A stretch of 64,000 nt of DNA from an uncultured Clostridia bacterium (GTDB taxonomy: Bacteria; Bacillota; Clostridia; Oscillospirales; JAAYOS01), in NCBI GenBank assembly GCA_947630675.1, contig CANRIN010000002.1, forward strand, positions 1,531 to 65,530. Reading direction: 5' to 3'. Shown here in pieces: positions 10,172-19,513 of the stretch (position 1 is its first letter; each line of letters starts with the position of its first letter). A program made the translations under genes and the position numbers. The notes beneath the pieces were generated by a model that was given only the letters and a program-made list of their open reading frames with translations, had not been told where the DNA came from and ran no database searches.

Positions 10172-10200
10172 TTGACTTTTTTTGCGGGAATTGATATACT
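10172..10200 (+). promoter_or_regulatory. sigma-A type promoter for the 10237 gene; the -35 overlaps a 7-7-7 palindrome
   Basis: TTGACT (10172..10177), 17-nt spacer, TATACT (10195..10200). Inverted repeat GTCAAAT-N7-ATTTGAC spans 10156..10176. Confidence 0.5.
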
Positions 10201-10236
10201 GTATGCTGTGCAAACTTGTTTGGAGGAAGAGTCATT

Positions 10237-11019
10237 ATGCCCGGTATCTACAACTTCTGCTGGTACTTTCTGATATTCAGCTTTGTGGGGTGGATGCTCG
10301 AGAGCGCGCTTGTGAGCTTTCAACAGAAGAAATTTGTCAACCGGGGGTTCCTCACCGGGCCAATATGCCCGATATACGGAACGGCGATGTGCATAATAAT
10401 CGTGACGCTGACGCCGGTGAAGCTGCTGCTGTTCCGCGGCGGTGCGCCGACGGCGCACGGCATAGCGGCGCTGCTTATAGTGAGCGCGTTTATCGCCTGC
10501 GCCGTGGAATACTTTGTGGGATGGCTGCTCGAGAAGATGTTCCACCAGCGCTGGTGGGACTACTCCGACCACCGGTTCAATCTGAACGGGCGCATAGCCG
10601 TGCCCGAGAGCCTCGCGTGGGGCCCGCTCGCGACGCCTGCGATACTCTTCTTCATACCGTGGCTCGACTCGCTCATAGCCCTCGTGCCGCTCTGGGTCGG
10701 GATATCCGCGCTGGCGGTGCTCGGCGTGATGTGCATAGCGGACTCGGTGCTGATACTCGGCAAGATGCATACCTTTGACAAGATCGCGGCGTCGCTACGC
10801 GAGAAGGTCGAGGAGGCTCGCGAGAAGCGCGCACTGAACGCGGAGGAGTTCCGCCGCATGACGCAGGAGATGCACAACAAGCTCGAGCGGTCCCGCAGGA
10901 GGTACAGCGAGCGGCGCATCACGCGCGAGCGGAGGCTGCGCAGGCGACTCTCACAGGCGTATCCTAAGCTCGGCGAGCGTTGGAAGATACTGCGCCACGA
11001 CGACTCGGAAAAGGACTGA
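10237..11019 (+). CDS. polytopic membrane protein with a charged C-terminal tail; resembles the family annotated as putative ABC-transporter type IV (DUF1113-like)
   Basis: ATG at 10237 follows TGGAGGAAGA. N-terminus FLIFSFVGWMLESALV...GPICPIYG recalls that family. Lys/Arg/Glu-rich tail. Family assignment is from memory only. Confidence 0.6.
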   Translation: MPGIYNFCWYFLIFSFVGWMLESALVSFQQKKFVNRGFLTGPICPIYGTAMCIIIVTLTPVKLLLFRGGAPTAHGIAALLIVSAFIACAVEYFVGWLLEKMFHQRWWDYSDHRFNLNGRIAVPESLAWGPLATPAILFFIPWLDSLIALVPLWVGISALAVLGVMCIADSVLILGKMHTFDKIAASLREKVEEAREKRALNAEEFRRMTQEMHNKLERSRRRYSERRITRERRLRRRLSQAYPKLGERWKILRHDDSEKD

Positions 11020-11187
11020 CGCGGGGCGAGCCCTCGCACGGTAAGGTCTGCGATACTGCGCCGGAGGCGGCTCACGCCTCCGGCGGTTTTGCGCGAGGGC
11101 TGCGCTGCGGGAAAAATAGTGTTGAACAGCGGGTATGTTTTGTGGTACAATATATACGGCAGATTATCCCGAAAGGAAGGTGCGGTC

Positions 11188-12378
11188 ATGGCGCTCAAAC
11201 GGTTCATAGCGGCGTCGCTTGCGGTGATGCTGCTCGCCGCGGCGGCCTCGATCGCGGCGGGCGGCGGCACGGGCTCCGACCCGGTCGTGACCCTCAGCTA
11301 CATAGAAAACAAGATGATACCGCAGTTTAACGCAAACCTCAGCGCGGCCGCATCCTCGGCGGAGCCGAGACTTGCGGCGCTCCGCGACGAGGCGCTGCGG
11401 GTGATAGACGGTATGGACGCCTCGAGCGTGCAGATAAATTCGTCCGGGCTGGACCGGCAGATAGAGTACGAGGCGTACATGCGCCTGATGGACGACGGTT
11501 ATCTGCTCACGGCGGCGAGTCCCGTCTCCGTGAAGCTTGCCGCGGGCGAGCGGCTGATAGTCGCGACGGGCGGAGAGATGCGCCTCGTGAGCGGCGCGGC
11601 GACGCTTGCGGGAGAGCGCGCGGCTGAGGTCGTCAACGTGACGGACGCTTCGCTCGGCTACGCCTCGCTTGCGATGAAAACCGGAGTGCGCTACGTCGTC
11701 ACGGACAGCGAGCGCCTCGCGGGGGCGGAGACGGCGTCCGGCGCGACGGTGCTCGTCACCGGGCGGTACCAGGTCCTTCCGGCCGTTCGTCCGAGACATA
11801 CGGACGCGGCGTTCGCGCTGTACACGCTCGGAGTGATGCGGGGCACGGGCAAGGGCTTCGGACTCGGACGGAGCGCGACGCGCCTCGAGGGCCTTGTGAT
11901 GTTCCTCCGCCTGTTCGGAGAGGAGGACGAGGCGCTTGCCTACACGGGGGACTGTCCCTTTACCGACCTCCCGGAGTGGAACGCGGGAGAACCCGAGAAG
12001 TATGTCGGCTACGCCTACTCCAAGGGATACACCGAGGGGACGAGCACCGGAAAGTTCAGTCCGAACCTCCCGGTGACGGCGGAGATGTACATGACGTTCC
12101 TGCTCCGCGCTCTGGGTTACAGCGATAACGCCGGAGATTTTGACTGGGCGGATGCTCCGTACGCCGCGGTGCGCCTGGGCGTCATAACCGACTTCGAGCA
12201 CGACAGCATCGTGCGGCAGAGCTTCATCCGTGACGCGATGGCTTACGTCTCGTGGCGCGCACTCTCGGCAAAGTGCAAAAACGGAACGGTCCTCTCGGAA
12301 AAGCTGATGGGCGCGGGCGTGTTTACCGAGCGGCAGTATACCGCCGCCGTGAACGGCGGAGTGCGTCTTCTGGGCTGA
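11188..12378 (+). CDS. secreted cell-surface protein with S-layer-homology-like C-terminal repeats
   Basis: ATG at 11188 after GGAAGG. Signal-like N-terminus MALKRFIAASLAVMLLAAAASIAA. C-terminal segments of the type F.D...W....Y...A...G...G....F.P are SLH-like. Confidence 0.65.
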   Translation: MALKRFIAASLAVMLLAAAASIAAGGGTGSDPVVTLSYIENKMIPQFNANLSAAASSAEPRLAALRDEALRVIDGMDASSVQINSSGLDRQIEYEAYMRLMDDGYLLTAASPVSVKLAAGERLIVATGGEMRLVSGAATLAGERAAEVVNVTDASLGYASLAMKTGVRYVVTDSERLAGAETASGATVLVTGRYQVLPAVRPRHTDAAFALYTLGVMRGTGKGFGLGRSATRLEGLVMFLRLFGEEDEALAYTGDCPFTDLPEWNAGEPEKYVGYAYSKGYTEGTSTGKFSPNLPVTAEMYMTFLLRALGYSDNAGDFDWADAPYAAVRLGVITDFEHDSIVRQSFIRDAMAYVSWRALSAKCKNGTVLSEKLMGAGVFTERQYTAAVNGGVRLLG

Positions 12379-12439
12379 GTCACCAATTCCCGCCTCCCGA
12401 ATATGATGGAGTGTAATCCACAGAGGGAGGTTTTACAGC

Positions 12440-12553
12440 ATGACTTGTTGCAACGGTTCCGGTCTCTTCGGCAGCAGCCGTCAGAACGATTGGCTCTGGG
12501 TCATTATCATCGCGATAGTGCTCATCGGCTTCTTCGGCAACAGCTGCGACTGA
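12440..12553 (+). CDS. tiny transmembrane peptide (37 aa), YjcZ-like; absent from the ORF track
   Basis: GGGAGG lies 9 nt upstream of ATG 12440. Translation: MTCCNGSGLFGSSRQNDWLWVIIIAIVLIGFFGNSCD. An intrinsic terminator follows directly. Confidence 0.6.
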   Translation: MTCCNGSGLFGSSRQNDWLWVIIIAIVLIGFFGNSCD

Positions 12554-12565
12554 CAGTCCGGCGGG

Positions 12566-12600
12566 AAAGGGGGCTCCTACCCGGAGCCCCCTTTCGTTTT
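12566..12600 (+). terminator. intrinsic terminator after the tiny ORF
   Basis: AAAGGGGGCTCC-loop-GGAGCCCCCTTT followed by CGTTTT. Confidence 0.8.
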
Positions 12601-12649
12601 GCGGCAAAAATGTTTGATTTCAAAAAATGCGGACAGGCAGGAGGCAAAT

Positions 12650-13318
12650 ATGAAGGGCGCGGTATTCGATCTGGACGGAACGCTGGTGGACAGCATGGGC
12701 GCATGGCACGCGGCGGACGTAGCATTCCTCGAAAAGCGGGGCCTGCCGCAGGAGGCGGACTACTTCGCGGCGCTCAAGGCGCTGCACTTCCGCCTTGCCG
12801 CTGAGTACACGATAGAGCGCTACGGGCTCTATGACGAGACGCCGGACGACCTCATCGCGGAGTGGCGCAGCTATGTGCAGAGGGAGTACGACTTCGATAT
12901 ACAGGCAAAGCCGGGTGCGCTCGAGTACCTTCGCGCGCTGAAGGAAGCCGGGGTGAAGACGGCGATAGCCACGTCAAACGAGCCCGAGCTCTGTGCGGGA
13001 CTTCTCCGCCGCCTCGGCCTCGACAGGCTCACGGACGCCGTGGTCTATACCTCCGAGGCGGCGCGCCCGAAGGGATTTCCGGACGTGTACATCCTCGCGG
13101 CGGAGAGGATGGGCGTCCCGCCGGAGGAGACGGTCGTGTTCGAGGACGTGCTGAAGTGCGTGCGCGGAGCGAAGGACGGAGGCTTCAGAGTCGTCGCCGT
13201 GTATGACGAGAGCTCGCGGGACGACTGGGAGGAGATCCGCCGCGCGGCGGACATGGCAATAGAGAGCTTTTCGGAGCTTGCCGCCGGGGCGGACATACCG
13301 GAAGCAGCTAAACAATAA
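12650..13318 (+). CDS. HAD-superfamily phosphatase (beta-phosphoglucomutase-like subfamily)
   Basis: ATG at 12650 after CAGGAGG. Motif I is FDLDGTLVDS; also TSNE and a late FEDV...GAKDGG motif. Confidence 0.85.
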   Translation: MKGAVFDLDGTLVDSMGAWHAADVAFLEKRGLPQEADYFAALKALHFRLAAEYTIERYGLYDETPDDLIAEWRSYVQREYDFDIQAKPGALEYLRALKEAGVKTAIATSNEPELCAGLLRRLGLDRLTDAVVYTSEAARPKGFPDVYILAAERMGVPPEETVVFEDVLKCVRGAKDGGFRVVAVYDESSRDDWEEIRRAADMAIESFSELAAGADIPEAAKQ

Positions 13319-13354
13319 TTGAGAAATGCTGCCGTTTCTTTTAAAAATGTCCTA

Positions 13355-13382
13355 TTGAAAAAGTTATTCGCGGGTGTATAAT
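13355..13382 (+). promoter_or_regulatory. sigma-A type promoter (extended -10) for the activase operon
   Basis: TTGAAA (13355..13360), 16-nt spacer ending in TG, TATAAT (13377..13382). Confidence 0.55.
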
Positions 13383-13425
13383 TTATATTAAATGCAACAG
13401 CGCAGAAAGGTAATGAGAAACTGAA

Positions 13426-16374
13426 ATGAAATCTCTGGGAATTGACGTCGGTTCCACAACCGTCAAGGCGGTGCTCATGAGCGAGAGCGGCGAGATGCTC
13501 TACAAACGCTACGAACGGCACAACGCGCGCGTGCGCGAGCTCATTGGCGAGATACTTTCCGAGATACTCGAAAAGTTCGGCGACATAGAGCTGCACGCGG
13601 CGGTGACAGGTTCGGCGGGCCTCGGCGCGGCGGAGCGCGCGGGGCTGCCGTTCGTGCAGGAGGTCGTGGCGAGCTCCACCGCGGTGGAGAAGTTCCTGCC
13701 CGGTACCGACGCCGTCATAGAGCTCGGCGGTGAGGACGCGAAGATAATCTTCTTCGGTCAGGTCACCGAGCAGAGGATGAACGGGACCTGCGCCGGAGGC
13801 ACCGGCGCTTTCATAGACCAGATGGCGACGCTGATGGACATCACGGCGGACGAGCTGAACGACCTCGCCTCCCGCGCGGAGAAGCTCTACCCGATAGCCT
13901 CGCGCTGCGGAGTGTTCGCGAAGACCGACGTGCAGCCGCTGTTGAACCAAGGCGCGCGGCGGGAGGACGTTGCGGCGTCGATACTCCAGGCGGTCGTCAA
14001 CCAGACGATAGGCGGACTTGCACAGGGACGAAGGATAGAGGGGAACGTCGCGTTCCTCGGCGGGCCGCTCTCCTTCCTTCCGGAGCTCGGCCGGCTGTTT
14101 GTGAAGACGTTGAAGCTCACGCCGGAGCAGGCGCGGTTCCCGAAGGACGGACAGTATTTCGTCGCGCTCGGGTGCGCCGTCGAGTCGGAGCACTTCGAGC
14201 CGCTGAAGCTCGCGGACGTGGCCGCGCGCCTCGCGGCGGCGGAGGACATCACGGTGACGAGCCGCCTCGAACCCCTTTTCCGCAGCGAGGAGGAGTACGC
14301 GGAGTTCAGACGCCGCCACGCGACTGCGTCGGTGGACACCGTAGACCCGGGTGAGTACGAGGGAGGCGCGTGGCTCGGCATAGACGCCGGAAGCACCACG
14401 ACAAAGCTCGTTCTGCTCTCGGACGATATGAGGATACTTTACAGCTACTATGCGCCTAACCGCGGCGACCCGGTCGAGGTCCTGCGCGAGCAGCTGCTCG
14501 AGATACGGAAGATAACCGGCGACAGGATAACCCTTCGCGGCAGCGCCGTCACCGGCTACGGCGAGGAGCTGATGTGCGCTGCGTTCGGCGTGGACAGCGG
14601 CATCGTCGAGACGGTGGCGCACTACACCGCCGCGCGCTTCTTCGAGCCGGAGGTAGATTACATAATAGACATCGGCGGCCAGGACATGAAGTGCTTCCGC
14701 ATACGCGGCGGCGCGATAGACGGGATAATGCTCAATGAGGCATGCTCGTCCGGCTGCGGCTCGTTTATCGAGACCTTCGCGAAGGCGATAGGCTACACCA
14801 CGCCGGAGTTTGCAAAGCTCGGCCTCTTCGGCGAGCATCCCGCAGACCTCGGCTCGCGCTGTACCGTATTTATGAACTCGTCGGTAAAGCAGGCGCAGAA
14901 GGAGGGCGCGACCGTCGCGGACATCAGCGCGGGGCTCTCGATATCGGTCGTCAAGAACGCGCTGTACAAGGTCATACGCGTCGTCGACCCGGAGGAGCTC
15001 GGGCGCCACGTCGTGGTGCAGGGCGGCACGTTCCTCAACGACGCGATACTTCGCGCGTTCGAGCGCGAGCTCGGGCGCGAAGTCACGCGCCCTGCCATCG
15101 CGGGACTGATGGGCGCATTCGGCTGCGCGCTCTACGCGCGCGAGCGCGGCGGCGAGGAGAGCACGCTCATAAGCCTCGCGGAACTGGAGCAGTTCGAGCA
15201 CACGAGCTCCGCCGCGCGCTGTGGGCTCTGCGGCAACCACTGCACCCTCACCGTCAACCGCTTCACCGGCGGGCGGCGGTTCATCACCGGCAACCGGTGC
15301 GAGCGCGGCGCGGGCGCTTCCAAGCGTTCGGAGGAGATACCGAACCTCTACGAGTACAAGTATAAGAAGCTGCTCGAGACCGAAGTCTGCGAGAACCCGA
15401 CGCGCGGCGAGATAGGCATTCCGCTCGCGCTCAACTTCTTCGACACGCTGCCGTTCTGGGGCGCGTTCTTCCGCAACATCGGCGTGAAGGTGGTGCTCTC
15501 CGGACAGAGCGACCGCGTGCTCTACTCTTTCGGGCAGGACACGATACCCTCGGACACCGTCTGCTACCCCGCAAAGCTCGTCCACGGACATATAGCCGCC
15601 CTCGCGGAGCGCGGTGTGAAGCGTATCTTCTATCCCTGCGCGCCGTACAACAACACCGAGTACGAGAAGGCGGACAACTACTACAACTGCCCGGTCGTGG
15701 CGTACTACCCCGAGCTTATCGCGGCGAACATGCCGGTGACGAAGACTCTCGAATACCTCAATCCTTACCTGATATATACACGCAAGGGCTTTGAAAAGAA
15801 GCTCTATGAGGCGCTGCATCCCTACTATCCCGACCTCTCCGAGCACGAGGTGAAGCACGCGGTGAAGCTCGCGCGCGAGGCGGATCACGCCTTCCGCGAG
15901 GACATCCGCATGAAGGGCGAGGAGGCCGTCGCGTGGGCACGGGAGCACGGAAAGAATATGATAGTCCTCTCGGGACGACCCTACCACATCGACCCGGAGA
16001 TAAACCACGGCATCGACCGGCTCATTACGTCGCTCGGCCTCGTCGTTATAACCGAGGAGGCGGTCGCGCCCAAGGGCAGCGCCGCGCCGCTGCACGTCCT
16101 CAACCAGTGGAGCTACCATGCGCGTCTGTATAACGCGGCGGCATACGTCGCGACGCAGGACGACATGGAGTTCGTGCAGCTCGTGAGCTTCGGCTGCGGT
16201 ATAGACGCCATCACCGGCGACGAGCTCCGCGACATCCTCGAGCGCAGCGGTAAGTTCTACACGCAGGTCAAGATAGACGAGATAACGAACCTCGGCGCGG
16301 CAAAGATACGGCTCCGCTCGCTCGTCGCGGCGATGGAGGCGCGGGAGAGAAAGGCGGTGAGCGCCCGTGGCTGA
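13426..16374 (+). CDS. double BcrAD/BadFG/HgdC-type ASKHA ATPase (CoA-substrate-specific enzyme activase) fused to a Cys-rich, DUF2229-like C-terminal region
   Basis: 982 aa. Two ATPase modules start at LGIDVGSTTVKAVL and WLGIDAGSTTTKLVLL. Each has a cluster-ligand-type motif (SRCGVFAKTDV, SRCTVFMNSSV). The next block is CGLCGNHCTLTV...GNRCERG. Confidence 0.85.
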   Translation: MKSLGIDVGSTTVKAVLMSESGEMLYKRYERHNARVRELIGEILSEILEKFGDIELHAAVTGSAGLGAAERAGLPFVQEVVASSTAVEKFLPGTDAVIELGGEDAKIIFFGQVTEQRMNGTCAGGTGAFIDQMATLMDITADELNDLASRAEKLYPIASRCGVFAKTDVQPLLNQGARREDVAASILQAVVNQTIGGLAQGRRIEGNVAFLGGPLSFLPELGRLFVKTLKLTPEQARFPKDGQYFVALGCAVESEHFEPLKLADVAARLAAAEDITVTSRLEPLFRSEEEYAEFRRRHATASVDTVDPGEYEGGAWLGIDAGSTTTKLVLLSDDMRILYSYYAPNRGDPVEVLREQLLEIRKITGDRITLRGSAVTGYGEELMCAAFGVDSGIVETVAHYTAARFFEPEVDYIIDIGGQDMKCFRIRGGAIDGIMLNEACSSGCGSFIETFAKAIGYTTPEFAKLGLFGEHPADLGSRCTVFMNSSVKQAQKEGATVADISAGLSISVVKNALYKVIRVVDPEELGRHVVVQGGTFLNDAILRAFERELGREVTRPAIAGLMGAFGCALYARERGGEESTLISLAELEQFEHTSSAARCGLCGNHCTLTVNRFTGGRRFITGNRCERGAGASKRSEEIPNLYEYKYKKLLETEVCENPTRGEIGIPLALNFFDTLPFWGAFFRNIGVKVVLSGQSDRVLYSFGQDTIPSDTVCYPAKLVHGHIAALAERGVKRIFYPCAPYNNTEYEKADNYYNCPVVAYYPELIAANMPVTKTLEYLNPYLIYTRKGFEKKLYEALHPYYPDLSEHEVKHAVKLAREADHAFREDIRMKGEEAVAWAREHGKNMIVLSGRPYHIDPEINHGIDRLITSLGLVVITEEAVAPKGSAAPLHVLNQWSYHARLYNAAAYVATQDDMEFVQLVSFGCGIDAITGDELRDILERSGKFYTQVKIDEITNLGAAKIRLRSLVAAMEARERKAVSARG

Positions 16375-17701
16375 GCTGAAATACACAAAGGACGGGCGTC
16401 TGCTCTTCACAAAGGAGATGCGGGATAGCTACACCGTCCTCGTTCCGCAGATGCTGCCGATACACTTCGAGTTCATAACGAAGGCGCTGAGCCTCGAGGG
16501 ACTCAAGGTCGAGGTCCTGAACACCACGCACCGCGGGATAATCGACGCGGGACTGAAGCACGTCCACAACGATATATGCTTCCCGGCGCTGCTCGTTATA
16601 GGTCAGATGATAGACGCGCTGAAGAGCGGGAAGTACGACATGGATCACGTCGCGCTGATGATAACCCAGACCGGCGGCGGCTGCCGTGCCTCGAACTACA
16701 TACACCTGCTCCGCAAGGGACTGAAAAAGGCGGGCTTTGACAAGGTGCCGGTCATTTCGCTGAATCTCTCCGGCCTCGAGAGCAACCCCGGCTTCAAGAT
16801 GACGCTGCCGCTGATAAGCCGCCTTATCACCGGCGTCGTGTACGGAGACGCGCTGATGTGGCTCTCGAACCGCTCCCGCGCCTACGAGGTAAACGCCGGC
16901 GAGACCGACGCGCTCGTGAAGAAGTGGACGACGCGCCTTTCCGACGAGATGAGCCATACGAAGCTTCCCAACAAGAAGAAGGTCCGCGAGAACCTGCTTG
17001 CCATCGCGCGCGACTTCGGCGCGCTGAAGCTCTCGGATGTGAAGAAGCCGCGCGTCGGCGTCGTCGGCGAGATATACGTCAAGTTCGCGCCGCTCGGCAA
17101 CAATAACCTCGAGCGCTTCCTCAGAAGCGAGGGCGCGGAGGTGATCGTCCCGGGTCTGATGGACTTCCTCATCTTCAAGGTGGACAACCGCGTTGAGGAC
17201 AGCGTGATATACGGCGGCAAGGCCGCAAAGAAGGTCGTCGCGACCGTACTCCGCAACTATATAATCGGATATCAGGACCTCCTGCGCGAGTGCATAAGCT
17301 ATGCGGACGGGTACCCCGTCCCCGCGCGCTATGCGGATATCAAGGAGATGGTGAAGGGCTTCCTCGGCTACGGCAACAAGATGGGCGAGGGGTGGCTGCT
17401 CACCGCCGAGATGCTCGAGCTGATAAATTCGGGCGTGACGAACATCGTCTGCACGCAGCCGTTCGGCTGTCTGCCGAACCACATCGTCGGCAAGGGTATG
17501 ATGCGCCCGGTGCGCGAGGCGCATCCGAACGCGAACATCGTCGCGATAGACTACGACCCCGGCACGACCTCGGTAAACCAGGAGAACCGCCTCAAGCTGA
17601 TGCTCGCAAACGCCCGCCGCGCGCTCGAACGCGCGGAAGCGGCGCAGGACGCGTCCTCCCCGGAGGAGCAGGCGGCGGAACCCGCCGCCGCGGGGGAGTA
17701 A
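16367..17701 (+). CDS. 2-hydroxyacyl-CoA-dehydratase-like (HgdB/D-component-like) protein, partner of the activase
   Basis: GTG start overlaps the upstream stop by 8 nt (GTGGCTGA). 444 aa with motifs CFPALLVIGQ, QTGGGCRASNY and CTQPFGCLPNH. Confidence 0.8.
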   Translation: MAELKYTKDGRLLFTKEMRDSYTVLVPQMLPIHFEFITKALSLEGLKVEVLNTTHRGIIDAGLKHVHNDICFPALLVIGQMIDALKSGKYDMDHVALMITQTGGGCRASNYIHLLRKGLKKAGFDKVPVISLNLSGLESNPGFKMTLPLISRLITGVVYGDALMWLSNRSRAYEVNAGETDALVKKWTTRLSDEMSHTKLPNKKKVRENLLAIARDFGALKLSDVKKPRVGVVGEIYVKFAPLGNNNLERFLRSEGAEVIVPGLMDFLIFKVDNRVEDSVIYGGKAAKKVVATVLRNYIIGYQDLLRECISYADGYPVPARYADIKEMVKGFLGYGNKMGEGWLLTAEMLELINSGVTNIVCTQPFGCLPNHIVGKGMMRPVREAHPNANIVAIDYDPGTTSVNQENRLKLMLANARRALERAEAAQDASSPEEQAAEPAAAGE

Positions 17702-17768
17702 AAGCGCCGCTCGGTATATGCGGAGATTTGGAGAAGAGGTTTGGTAGTCGACATTTAAGGAGCAAGCA

Positions 17769-18263
17769 ATGAGCCGATATATCATCAAACCGATGGAGAG
17801 CGAGGACGAAATAAACGGCAAGGGATACGTCCACTACAAATCCTGGCAGGAAACCTACACGGGTCTTGTCGACCCCGCATATTTGGAGCGGCACACCCTT
17901 GAAAAGTGCATAAATACCGCGCACAAGCGGCCCGACAACATTCTTGTGGCCAAGGACGGAGAAAAAGTGGTGGGGTTTGCGGGATACGGCTCCTATCGGG
18001 ACGAAACTCTCCCCGAACACGGCGAAGTCTATGCGATCTATGTCCTTGCGGAGTATCAGGGCAAAAAGATCGGATATGAGCTGATGAACGCCGCGCTCGA
18101 TAGGCTGTCGAATTATAAAAGAGTTGCGCTGTGGGTGCTGAAGGGAAACGACAAAGCAATCCGTTTCTATGAGAGATACGGATTTCGCTTTGACGGGACC
18201 GAAGCGGAGATCATGCTCGGCACACCCAACACGGAGCTGAGGATGATTTACAAAAGAGGCTGA
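17769..18263 (+). CDS. GNAT family N-acetyltransferase
   Basis: 164 aa. AYVLAEYQGKKIGYELM...FYERYGF is the acetyl-CoA-binding core. AAGGAG RBS. Confidence 0.85.
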   Translation: MSRYIIKPMESEDEINGKGYVHYKSWQETYTGLVDPAYLERHTLEKCINTAHKRPDNILVAKDGEKVVGFAGYGSYRDETLPEHGEVYAIYVLAEYQGKKIGYELMNAALDRLSNYKRVALWVLKGNDKAIRFYERYGFRFDGTEAEIMLGTPNTELRMIYKRG

Positions 18264-18287
18264 AGCGGAAAGGAGTATGAGTTTGCC

Positions 18288-18596
18288 ATGGTATACAAGC
18301 TGGAAAGAGCACGGACAGCCGCTATTATCTTAGCTATACTCTTTTATATAGCCGCAAAAATATCGTGCTATTGGACGCCGCTCGGTTGGGAGCATATGAT
18401 GCATGTGGTGGCGCCGGTAATACTCAGCATCGTCACTACTGCGCAGGAAGCCTTCGGAAAGCACGGCGACGAATTTTGCGTAGGGCTCCTTGCCTTACAG
18501 GCAAGCATGCTCGGACTGGCTATACTCTCATCGGTCGTGGCGTACGCTATACATGTACTGTGTAAGATAACCGAAAGAAACGGACTGTCCGGCTGA
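18288..18596 (+). CDS. small hypothetical membrane protein
   Basis: 102 aa with three hydrophobic segments. GGAAAGGAG upstream and a terminator downstream. No recognisable family. Confidence 0.55.
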   Translation: MVYKLERARTAAIILAILFYIAAKISCYWTPLGWEHMMHVVAPVILSIVTTAQEAFGKHGDEFCVGLLALQASMLGLAILSSVVAYAIHVLCKITERNGLSG

Positions 18597-18603
18597 AAAA
18601 GAC

Positions 18604-18640
18604 CGCCCGCACATCGAAAAACGATGTGTGGGCGTTTTTT
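18604..18640. terminator. bidirectional intrinsic terminator
   Basis: CGCCCGCACATCG-AAAAA-CGATGTGTGGGCG followed by TTTTTT, with an A-run on the other side. Sits between convergent genes. Confidence 0.8.
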
Positions 18641-18702
18641 CAGTATTATTTGGCGGCCGGACGCGTTTGTGTGGGCGGTCTTTTGCGTCCGAAAGGACGA
18701 AT

Positions 18703-19359
18703 TTACTTGAAGAGCATGTCGAATGCAGCGTCGTCGTACCTGTCGAAGATATAGTCGCCGCCCTCCGGCGTGGGCGCGCCGGAAAGTCCGGGCGCGCCGG
18801 TGAAGACCGCGACGCGCATCCCCGCCGCCTTCGCCGCGAGGACGCCGTTCTGCGAGTCCTCCATGACGAGGCAGTCCGCCGGATCCGCGCCGAAGCGGCG
18901 CGCCGCCTCGAGGAAGATGTCCGGGTTTGGCTTCGCGCGCGGGACGTCCATGGCGGTGACGATGGTGTCGAATATCTCGTCGAGGCGGAGCGCGCGCGTC
19001 GCCCAGTCGAGCATCTCACCTGTGGAGCTCGTCGCGACGGCGTTCTTCACGCCCGCGGCGCGGAGGCGCGAGAGCCACTCCCCGACGCCGGGGATAAGCC
19101 CGTCCACACGCATTATCCCGCGCAGGAGCGCGGCCTTGTGGCCGGCGCAAAGCTCCTCCGCCGTCTGCGGAAGGTCGGGGTACCACTTCTTGACGTTTGC
19201 GGAGTTTATCATCGCGGAGGAGCCGATGAAGCTGCGCTTCCGCTCCGGGGAGAGGAACACGCCTATCCCCTCGTAGAAGCGGTCCATCTCCTCCCAGTAG
19301 AACTTCTCGCTGTCTATTATAACTCCGTCCATGTCCCATAGGACTGCTTTTATACGCAT
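18703..19359 (-). CDS. HAD-superfamily phosphatase
   Basis: Start at internal Met (MRIKAVLWDMDGVIIDSE, motif I). Also ATSS and EDSQNGVLAAKAAGM. The longer ORF extension has no RBS support. Confidence 0.85.
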   Translation of the reverse strand: MRIKAVLWDMDGVIIDSEKFYWEEMDRFYEGIGVFLSPERKRSFIGSSAMINSANVKKWYPDLPQTAEELCAGHKAALLRGIMRVDGLIPGVGEWLSRLRAAGVKNAVATSSTGEMLDWATRALRLDEIFDTIVTAMDVPRAKPNPDIFLEAARRFGADPADCLVMEDSQNGVLAAKAAGMRVAVFTGAPGLSGAPTPEGGDYIFDRYDDAAFDMLFK

Positions 19360-19513
19360 CGGTTCACCTGTCTCTTTATGTATGGGCGGCGACGCATGGC
19401 CGCACCTTGCTGACAGTATATCACGCGGAGGCAAACTTGTAAAGGAAAAGGGCTTGCAATAAACGGCAAATCGTGAGAAAATATATAAAGCGAAACGGGG
19501 AGGAGGAGAGGCA

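Noticed and set aside
13045-16410. 1121-aa ORF on the minus strand, the longest ORF in the window
   Set aside because: It is antisense to the activase gene, whose product has clear ASKHA and Cys motifs. The antisense translation is Arg/Ala/Leu-rich and motif-free. This is the usual shadow ORF of high-GC coding DNA.
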